DNA of 64,000 nucleotides from Gammaproteobacteria bacterium (GTDB lineage Bacteria; Pseudomonadota; Gammaproteobacteria; PIVX01): NCBI GenBank assembly GCA_003353785.1, contig PIVX01000002.1, positions 26,902 to 90,901 of the forward strand, read 5' to 3'. Shown piece by piece: positions 57,220 to 64,000 of this stretch (position 1 is its first letter; each line of letters starts with the position of its first letter). The notes under the pieces were generated by a model. It saw only the letters and a program-made list of their open reading frames with translations, ran no database searches and was not told where the DNA came from. The position numbers and the translations under genes were made by a program.

Positions 57220-57960
57220 TTGTACCTTAATAACAGTATGTCATGCTATTTAAAATCAAAGTCTTTACTTGAGCAGTGGTATGCAACGGGAAAGGGTTCT
57301 CAGTCATTAGAGTTGATATGTAGATACTTAGGATTATTTTTTAAAAATTCTAATATTGATAATTATTTGCAAATTGGCTCTATGTCTAACAATAAATTAG
57401 GTAAGATAATTGGAGCAGAAAACTCTGTTCTAATAGAAAATTATAAAATTCCTTTAACTGAACACATCATAGGTGAATTTGAATTACTGCCAATACTAGA
57501 AGATCATTTTGATATTGTGATATTACCACATACGCTTGAAGTTAGTGAACCAAATAGTGTGTTATTTGAGTCTTATCGTGTTTTAAAACCAGGCGGAATA
57601 ATAGTAGTGATTGGTTTTGATGTAAACTTATTTAATACAGTATTTGGAGGATTTGATAATAGCATATATAAAAAGTATTCTAGTATTGCAAAATTAATTA
57701 ATATAAATACACTTAATAAACAATTAGCGTCTTCAGGGTTTGCATTAATCAACAATAAAATATTTTGCGTAAAACAAGGTATATTTATTAAACATATCCT
57801 ATATCTGGAAGTAATTCAAAAAATTTTTAATATGATTGCTGGAGATCTATATGTATCAATTTCGAGAAAAAAAATTGTAAATCTTGATTCTATAAAAAAT
57901 AAAAATAGGCTATTTAGTAAAAAAACTATATCATTACCAGGAGATACAGCATGGGATTAA
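57220..57960 (+). CDS. SAM-dependent methyltransferase-like protein (YafS-like by position)
   Basis: VLKPGGIIVVIGFD post-motif typical of class I methyltransferases. Divergent from gloB, as yafS is in E. coli. The track start is TTG 57220; ATG 57238 is more likely. Confidence 0.55.
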   Translation: MYLNNSMSCYLKSKSLLEQWYATGKGSQSLELICRYLGLFFKNSNIDNYLQIGSMSNNKLGKIIGAENSVLIENYKIPLTEHIIGEFELLPILEDHFDIVILPHTLEVSEPNSVLFESYRVLKPGGIIVVIGFDVNLFNTVFGGFDNSIYKKYSSIAKLININTLNKQLASSGFALINNKIFCVKQGIFIKHILYLEVIQKIFNMIAGDLYVSISRKKIVNLDSIKNKNRLFSKKTISLPGDTAWD

Positions 57961-57976
57961 AATATAAGGAAATTAT

Positions 57977-60286
57977 ATGTTACTGGTATTAATTATTCTT
58001 CAATTACCTATTTTGGTTTTATCATTATTAGTAAATTCTATATTCATTTTTTTTATTCTTAACTTTTTGTTAGTGAGTATTTATCTTATTCCAGTTGCAC
58101 GATTTTATATAATTTCTAATCCTCTTTATAGATATGCTATTAGATATTTACCAAAAATCAGTAAAACAGAGTATGAGTCTCTAATTGCGGGTAATTCTTG
58201 GATTGGGCAAGAAATTTTAAGTTTAAAACCAAATTGGGAGAAAATTTATAATTATGAGTGTTTTAATTTATCTAATGAGGAAAATACTTATTTAGAAACG
58301 GTTGTCTCGGAATTATGTAAAATGAGTGATGATTGGGAGATAGGTCAAAATGATAGTATCGACGATCAAATTTATTCTTTTATAAAAAAACATAAGCTAT
58401 GGGGATTAATAATTCCTAAAGAATATGGGGGATTAGAGTTTTCTACTTTGGCTCAGTCTCGTATTGTTAGTTTAATAGCATCTAAGAGTATCAATATTGC
58501 TATTATTGTTATGGTTCCTAATTCTTTGGGGCCGGCTGAGCTTTTGATTAAATATGGCACTTTAGAGCAACAAAAAAAATATTTACCAGAACTAGCAATG
58601 GGAAATGAGATACCTTGTTTTGGTTTAACAAGTGTTGTAGCAGGAAGTGATGCTAGCTCAATTATTGATGAAGGAATAATTTGTTATGATAAATACGAAG
58701 GAAAAACAGTATTAGGTATGAAGTTAAATTGGAGTAAGAGGTATATAACATTAGCTCCAATATCTACTATCATGAGTATTGCAGTAAAATTATATGATCC
58801 AGATAAATTATTTTCTTCGAAGAAAGAATTAGGAATAACTTTATGCTTAATACCAACTAATCATTCAGGAGTTAAAATAGGGAAGCACTTACCTATGAAC
58901 TTAAAATTTCCTAATGGAACTATTGAAGGGAGAGATGTTTTTATGCCGATTGAATGGGTGATTGGAGGCAGAGAATACATTGGTCGTGGATGGTTTATGT
59001 TGATGGAATGTTTATCTTTTGGTAGAGCAGTTTCTTTACCAGCTTTAAGTACAGGGATATCTCAGAAATGTTTATTGACTTCATTAGGATACTGTATGAT
59101 TAGAGAGCAATTTAATTTGCCTATTGCTTTTTTTGAAGGGGTACAGGAAAAATTAGCTAGAATTGCTGGGCTAACTTACATAGTTGATGCTACAAATATT
59201 ATGACAACAGATGCTTTAGGATTCAATATAAAACCTAGTGTTGAGTCTGCTATATCAAAATATCATTTAACTGAAATGGGAAGAGACATAATAAATGATA
59301 CTATGGATGTCCTAGGTGGTAAAGCTATTCAGTTTGGTCCTAACAATTTTATTGGTTTTTGTTATCAATCATTTCCAATTTCTATTACTGTTGAAGGAGC
59401 AAATATTCTGACTAGAAATTTAATTATCTTTAGTCAGGGCATCATGAAATTTCATCCTTATTTACTGAAAGAAATAGAATGTTTCAGCGAGAAAACTAAA
59501 GCTAGTGTTACAGAATTTGAACAACTATTTTCAAAGCATTCTTTTAGAGTATGTGCTTTAATAGTAAAAAATATTTATTATAATCTGATAAAAATATTTT
59601 ATCCGGTATTGCCTAGAAAATTTGGGTGTAAATCTAGAATAAATTATTTTAGTAATTCCTTGGCTATACTGAGTGAATTTGTATTAATCTATTTTGGCAA
59701 AAGGTTCAAGACTAGAGAAAGGGTTGTTGCTAATTTAGGAGACGTATTGAGTTATGTCTATATTAGCTATGCAGTTATAAGATACAATCAACAAAATGCA
59801 GATTTAGATGATGAAAAATTATTTGCATGGTCTATTAATTATTTACAGTTTAATATATATGATGCTTTCAATAACATATTTTTATTAATTCCAAGTTTAT
59901 TTTTTTCTAAAATGATGAGAATGTTTTTGTTTCCATATGGGATCAGCCAAAAAAAAGAGTATTTCAAATATGAGTATGATGTTGTAAACTCATTGGCTCA
60001 TAATAATAAATTAAGAGAACAGTTAACAAGACAATGCTATAGAGGGGTTGATACTAATTCTATTAATATAATTGAAAAAGCTGTGTTAAAATTGTCAATA
60101 ATAAACCCCATATTAAAAAAATTATCTAAAAAACGTATCAGAAGAGCTCAGCTCCGTACCTTAGAACAGATAAATAAGCTAGAGGTAGCGGGGATGTTTG
60201 AAAACATTATTGATTCTGAAGAAATAAAACACTTAAAGGAATATGTTGAGTTGGTTAATGAAGCAGTACAAGTAGATCAATTTTGA
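57977..60286 (+). CDS. fadE: large acyl-CoA dehydrogenase (FadE type)
   Basis: 769 aa with N-terminal TM segments followed by acyl-CoA dehydrogenase N/M/C domains (CFGLTSVVAGSDASS; ITVEGANILTRNLIIF). Confidence 0.85.
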   Translation: MLLVLIILQLPILVLSLLVNSIFIFFILNFLLVSIYLIPVARFYIISNPLYRYAIRYLPKISKTEYESLIAGNSWIGQEILSLKPNWEKIYNYECFNLSNEENTYLETVVSELCKMSDDWEIGQNDSIDDQIYSFIKKHKLWGLIIPKEYGGLEFSTLAQSRIVSLIASKSINIAIIVMVPNSLGPAELLIKYGTLEQQKKYLPELAMGNEIPCFGLTSVVAGSDASSIIDEGIICYDKYEGKTVLGMKLNWSKRYITLAPISTIMSIAVKLYDPDKLFSSKKELGITLCLIPTNHSGVKIGKHLPMNLKFPNGTIEGRDVFMPIEWVIGGREYIGRGWFMLMECLSFGRAVSLPALSTGISQKCLLTSLGYCMIREQFNLPIAFFEGVQEKLARIAGLTYIVDATNIMTTDALGFNIKPSVESAISKYHLTEMGRDIINDTMDVLGGKAIQFGPNNFIGFCYQSFPISITVEGANILTRNLIIFSQGIMKFHPYLLKEIECFSEKTKASVTEFEQLFSKHSFRVCALIVKNIYYNLIKIFYPVLPRKFGCKSRINYFSNSLAILSEFVLIYFGKRFKTRERVVANLGDVLSYVYISYAVIRYNQQNADLDDEKLFAWSINYLQFNIYDAFNNIFLLIPSLFFSKMMRMFLFPYGISQKKEYFKYEYDVVNSLAHNNKLREQLTRQCYRGVDTNSINIIEKAVLKLSIINPILKKLSKKRIRRAQLRTLEQINKLEVAGMFENIIDSEEIKHLKEYVELVNEAVQVDQF

Positions 60287-60305
60287 AAATATTTAAGGAA
60301 TAATT

Positions 60306-61592
60306 ATGAGACAAGAAAAAAATATTTACCTAGTTGATGGAGTAAGAACTCCTTTTTTAAAATCTAGAGGTAAACCTGGTTTATTTCGAGGTTCTGATCT
60401 TGGAGTATTAGCTCTACGGCATTTAATTAATAAACTTAGTATAGATCCTAAATTAATTGATGAGGCTATAATTGGTTGCGTTGCTCCTCGTGCAGAAGAA
60501 GCAAATATTGCTCGTTTTATAAGTGTTAGAGCTGGTTGTCAAGAAAATATGCCTGCTTGGACGGTGGGGAGGAATTGTGGTTCCGGGATGCAGGCGGTGG
60601 ATAGTGCTTTAGCTCAGATTAAATTAGGAAGAGCAGATATAGTTATTGCGGGAGGCGTTGATTCTCTTAGTAGGACGCATATGGTTCTTAAAGATAAAGC
60701 TGTTGAGGCTCTTGCTGAATGGATGACTGCTAAATCATTTGTTAGTAAATTAAAGATATTAAAGAGTTTGCGTCTTAGTTCTTTGATTCCTGTATCTTCT
60801 TTAGTTAAGGGTCTATGTGATCCTTTAATAGATCAATCTATGGGAGAAACAGCAGAAAATTTAGTTCAGAAATTCAAGATATCTAGACAAGAACAAGATG
60901 AGTTTGCTTTACGATCTCATGATCGTTTAACTAAAGCAATTGATAATGAATCATTAAAAGATATTTTTCCAATTGCCTCAGGTAATGGTGATGTGTTTAC
61001 TTTTGATAATGGAGTTAGAAGAAACAGCAAAATAGGTGATCTAACTAGATTAAAACCTTATTTCGATAAAAAATATGGAACAGTTACGGCAGGAAATAGC
61101 TCACAACTTACTGATGGAGGAGTGATGTTATTAATTGCTAGTGAAGATGCAATAAATAAATATAACTTAGTTCCTAGAGCTAAAATTATTGATTGCAAGT
61201 GGGCTGCTCTTGATCCTAAGATTATGGGTTTAGGGCCGGCTTATTCTATCCCCAATCTGTTAAGTAGTAATAATAAATCTATTGAAAATATAGATTATTG
61301 GGAAATTAATGAAGCTTTTAGTGCTCAGGTTTTAGCTTGCCTATATGCTCTTAATTCTAGTGAATTTTGTAAAAAAGAGTTAGGGCTCGAGAAGGTTTTT
61401 GGACAAATATCTCAGGATAGATTAAATATTTATGGAGGAGCAATTAGTTGTGGTCATCCTCTTGGTGCTAGTGGAGCAAGGTTATTATTACATTTATTAT
61501 CAGCGCTTGAAAATAATAATGGTAAATTTGGTGTTGCTTCTCAATGTATAGGAGGTGGTCAAGGTGGTGCTATGCTAATTGAGAAAATTTAG
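60306..61592 (+). CDS. fadI: 3-ketoacyl-CoA thiolase, FadI-like (thiolase-first operon order, about 40-aa insertion)
   Basis: Active-site Cys GRNCGSGMQAV, then C-terminal NIYGGAISCGHPLGASGARL and QCIGGGQGGAMLIE. The insertion KLKILKSLRLSSLIPV resembles FadI rather than FadA. Confidence 0.85.
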   Translation: MRQEKNIYLVDGVRTPFLKSRGKPGLFRGSDLGVLALRHLINKLSIDPKLIDEAIIGCVAPRAEEANIARFISVRAGCQENMPAWTVGRNCGSGMQAVDSALAQIKLGRADIVIAGGVDSLSRTHMVLKDKAVEALAEWMTAKSFVSKLKILKSLRLSSLIPVSSLVKGLCDPLIDQSMGETAENLVQKFKISRQEQDEFALRSHDRLTKAIDNESLKDIFPIASGNGDVFTFDNGVRRNSKIGDLTRLKPYFDKKYGTVTAGNSSQLTDGGVMLLIASEDAINKYNLVPRAKIIDCKWAALDPKIMGLGPAYSIPNLLSSNNKSIENIDYWEINEAFSAQVLACLYALNSSEFCKKELGLEKVFGQISQDRLNIYGGAISCGHPLGASGARLLLHLLSALENNNGKFGVASQCIGGGQGGAMLIEKI

Positions 61593-61604
61593 TAAGGAGT
61601 TGTA

Positions 61605-63533
61605 ATGATAGATGCACAATATAAAAATTGGGGTATTTTAGTTGATTCAGATAAGATAGTTTGGTTGAGTTTTAATTTACAAGATAAGTCAGCTAATATT
61701 TTAACCAAAGATGCTTTAAACGAATTAGAAAAAATAATTAATAATCTACATGAGAATGAGAAAGAATATCAAGGAATAATTATAGAGTCTACGAAGTCTG
61801 CTGGATTTATTTTTGGTGCGGACATACTAAATTTTATTAATTATTCTAAAGAGCAAATAGAGGAACTACTCATTCAAGGACAGGGGATTTTTAAAAATTT
61901 AGCAAAGCTTGATAATACGGTTTGTTTAATTGATGGGCTTTGTTTAGGTGGTGGATTGGAACTTGCTTTAGCATGTAATTATAGAATTATATCTACGAAA
62001 GCTAAGCTTGGTTTACCAGAGGTTACTCTAGGAATTCTACCTGGATGGGGAGGCACTATGCGTCTTCCTAAACTAATAGGGGGATTCCATGCTTTGAATA
62101 TTATGGTAACTGGTAAACCTGTTGGAAGTAGAAAATGTAAATTAATAGGTCTAGCGGATGATGTGGTGGCTTCTAGACAATTAAAAAATGCAGGTAGATG
62201 GTTTATTAAAAACAAAAAATCATTAAAAAAGGCTCCTTTTTATGACAAAATATTTATTTTCAGTGGAATAAGGAAATTATATTCAAAACTCGTTCTTAAT
62301 AAAATTAAGCAGAAAGTAAATCAAAAACATTATCCAGCTCCATATAAAATTGTTAATAACTGGGTCAATTGCTCGAATGATGAAAAAACTCTTCATGATA
62401 ATGAAAGACAGATATTTTTAGAACTAATAAGTGAGACTGACACTGCAAAAAATTTAATTAGGGTTTATAAGTTACAACAGGCACTAAAAAAATATGGTTC
62501 TACTAAAACAAATATTAAGCATATCCACATTGTTGGTACTGGACTCATGGGAAGTGAGATCGCAGCTTGCTGTGCATTGAAAGGCTTCAAAGTAACTTTC
62601 TCAGATACTCAATTAAGCACATTAGGAAACTTGATGAAAGCTGCTAATAAAATATTTAGTTTTCGTTTGAAAAGAGGGTACAAACTGGATGCTGCATTTG
62701 ATAGATTAATACCAGATTATAGAGCGGATGGAATGAAATCTGCTGATCTTATAATCGAGGCTGTTTCGGAAGATTTAAAGATTAAGCATGCTGTTTGGGA
62801 AAAAATTAATTCACAAGCTTCTAAATCAGCAATTTTAGCAACGAATACTTCAAGTTTACCATTAGCAAATATATCAAAAGTTTTAGATGATCCTAATCGG
62901 TTGGTAGGTATCCACTTTTTCAATCCAGTTAGCAGAATGCCGCTAGTAGAGATAATTTTTGATAATAATAAAGAAAGTAAACATTTTTCTGAAGCTCTAA
63001 ATTTTGTGAGGGTCTTAGGCAAACTACCTTTACCGGTAAAAAGTAGTCCTGGATTTTTAGTTAATAGAATATTGATGCCTTATATTGTAGAAGCTTTTAT
63101 AATGATGGAAAATGAAGGAATAGTAAAAGAGCAAATTGATCATACTATGAAGATATACGGTATGCCAATGGGACCAATTGAGCTTGCTGATGTTGTAGGT
63201 TTGGATGTATGTTTAAGTGTTGGTAGAAAATTGCAAGACTTATTAGGGATTGAGATCCCTCTTAGAATACAGGATCTTGTTTCTGCTGGAAAATTAGGTA
63301 AGAAATCTGGTATGGGTATATACAGATATAAAAATGGGAAAAAAGTGAGTTCTATTTCAGTTACTGATTTAGAGTATCAGGATGATATTTGCAATAGGCT
63401 TATTGGCAAAATGAGATTGGAGGCGAATAAATGTTTACAAGAAAATGTGGTTGCCGAACAAGATTTAATTGATGCTGGAATGATATTTGGAACTGGATTT
63501 GCTCCTTTTAGAGGAGGATTGCTTAATACTTAA
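61605..63533 (+). CDS. fadJ: fatty-acid oxidation multifunctional enzyme (enoyl-CoA hydratase / 3-hydroxyacyl-CoA dehydrogenase), FadJ/FadB type
   Basis: Crotonase fold GLCLGGGLELALACNYRI, then NAD-binding IHIVGTGLMGSEIAACCALKGF and HFFNPVSRMPLVEI. The protein ends at ...GFAPFRGGLLNT, short of the usual C-terminus. Confidence 0.88.
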   Translation: MIDAQYKNWGILVDSDKIVWLSFNLQDKSANILTKDALNELEKIINNLHENEKEYQGIIIESTKSAGFIFGADILNFINYSKEQIEELLIQGQGIFKNLAKLDNTVCLIDGLCLGGGLELALACNYRIISTKAKLGLPEVTLGILPGWGGTMRLPKLIGGFHALNIMVTGKPVGSRKCKLIGLADDVVASRQLKNAGRWFIKNKKSLKKAPFYDKIFIFSGIRKLYSKLVLNKIKQKVNQKHYPAPYKIVNNWVNCSNDEKTLHDNERQIFLELISETDTAKNLIRVYKLQQALKKYGSTKTNIKHIHIVGTGLMGSEIAACCALKGFKVTFSDTQLSTLGNLMKAANKIFSFRLKRGYKLDAAFDRLIPDYRADGMKSADLIIEAVSEDLKIKHAVWEKINSQASKSAILATNTSSLPLANISKVLDDPNRLVGIHFFNPVSRMPLVEIIFDNNKESKHFSEALNFVRVLGKLPLPVKSSPGFLVNRILMPYIVEAFIMMENEGIVKEQIDHTMKIYGMPMGPIELADVVGLDVCLSVGRKLQDLLGIEIPLRIQDLVSAGKLGKKSGMGIYRYKNGKKVSSISVTDLEYQDDICNRLIGKMRLEANKCLQENVVAEQDLIDAGMIFGTGFAPFRGGLLNT

Positions 63534-63666
63534 TAATATATAATATTTATTTAGCTATTGTTAAAATTATAGTTTATAATTGTAGTATTATCTGGCTTGG
63601 ATATTTCTCCAGCATTAGTCAGATAATTTACTATTTTGCTGTGTATAATTATTTCTTAAATTTCTT

Positions 63667-64000
63667 ATGGCCAGTATGTTGACTAAAGCCAAATTAGTTT
63701 TAAATATTATGTTGTCTGTTATGAGTGTATCTTGTATAGCTGGTACATTTGAATTGCGGCCTAATAAATCTGATATCATTGGTAATGTAGAACATATTAT
63801 GGCAAAGCCTGGTGATACCCTTTTTTCAATTGGTAGGAAATATGATATTGGTCATGTCGAAATGATTGAAGCTAATCCAGATATTGATCCTAAAGATCCT
63901 CTTGAACACCGTTGTGAAATTGTTATACCAAATGAATTTGTTTTGCCTCCAGGCCCTAGAAAAGGAATTGTTATTAACCTTGCTGAGCTTAGGTTATATT
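63667..64000 (+). CDS. L,D-transpeptidase (YkuD/ErfK family) with N-terminal LysM; 3' end runs off the window
   Basis: My own translation: MASMLTKAKLVLNIMLSVMSVSCIAGTF...AKPGDTLFSIGRKYDIGHVEMIEANP (LysM) ...PRKGIVINLAELRLY (the start of the YkuD domain, as in ErfK/YbiS/YcfS). Confidence 0.7.
   Translation, partial: MASMLTKAKLVLNIMLSVMSVSCIAGTFELRPNKSDIIGNVEHIMAKPGDTLFSIGRKYDIGHVEMIEANPDIDPKDPLEHRCEIVIPNEFVLPPGPRKGIVINLAELRLY

Noticed and set aside
1-64000. CRISPR arrays, rRNA/tRNA genes, prophage structural genes, toxin-antitoxin pairs and known defence-system signatures.
   Set aside because: I found no regularly spaced direct repeats and no G+C-rich structured-RNA islands in any intergenic region. 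No small bicistronic pairs or nuclease/ATPase/methylase combinations occur outside the annotated housekeeping genes.

Overview
This is an AT-rich (about one-third G+C by eye), tightly packed gammaproteobacterial chromosome segment with about 52 CDS. I found no rRNA, tRNA or CRISPR array. The backbone is housekeeping. It runs aguB-aguA, then a long envelope/replication cluster (lolC-lolD-uppS-cdsA-bamA-skp-lpxD-fabZ-lpxA-lpxB-rnhB-dnaE), then fimV-like-truA-accD-folC ... cvpA. After that come lpxH, fadD, gcdH, an AI-2E transporter, dapA, an ldh-bkdA1-bkdA2-bkdB operon, ugpQ-ugpBAEC, ppsR/ppsA, mltD-gloB-yafS-like, fadE, a fadI/fadJ-type thiolase and multifunctional enzyme, and a partial L,D-transpeptidase. 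An ATP/ADP translocase (tlc) sits alongside amino-acid and fatty-acid catabolism and glycerophosphodiester uptake. Several genes are missing from their canonical slots (rseP, lolE, dedD). Together these point to a host-associated or intracellular, Legionellales-like lineage, which is inference only. Five things deserve a second look. (1) A 1339-aa intact ORF is colinear with Ti-type TraA relaxase-helicases, but its relaxase histidine motif and its helicase Walker A/B motifs are all substituted. It follows a 1.16-kb ORF-free AT-rich region and has no other transfer genes nearby. (2) Two divergent tandem paralogs of about 550 aa with no recognisable domains occupy the folC-cvpA (dedD) slot. Their identity is mosaic, and an identical 24-nt tag spans both stop codons. 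(3) A 412-aa tyrosine recombinase overlaps ppsR by a TAATG stop/start junction, consistent with translational coupling. (4) A decayed IS200/IS605 tnpB right end lies near tlc. (5) Several intergenic palindromes are present. All functional calls come from motif reading and synteny; no database search was possible.
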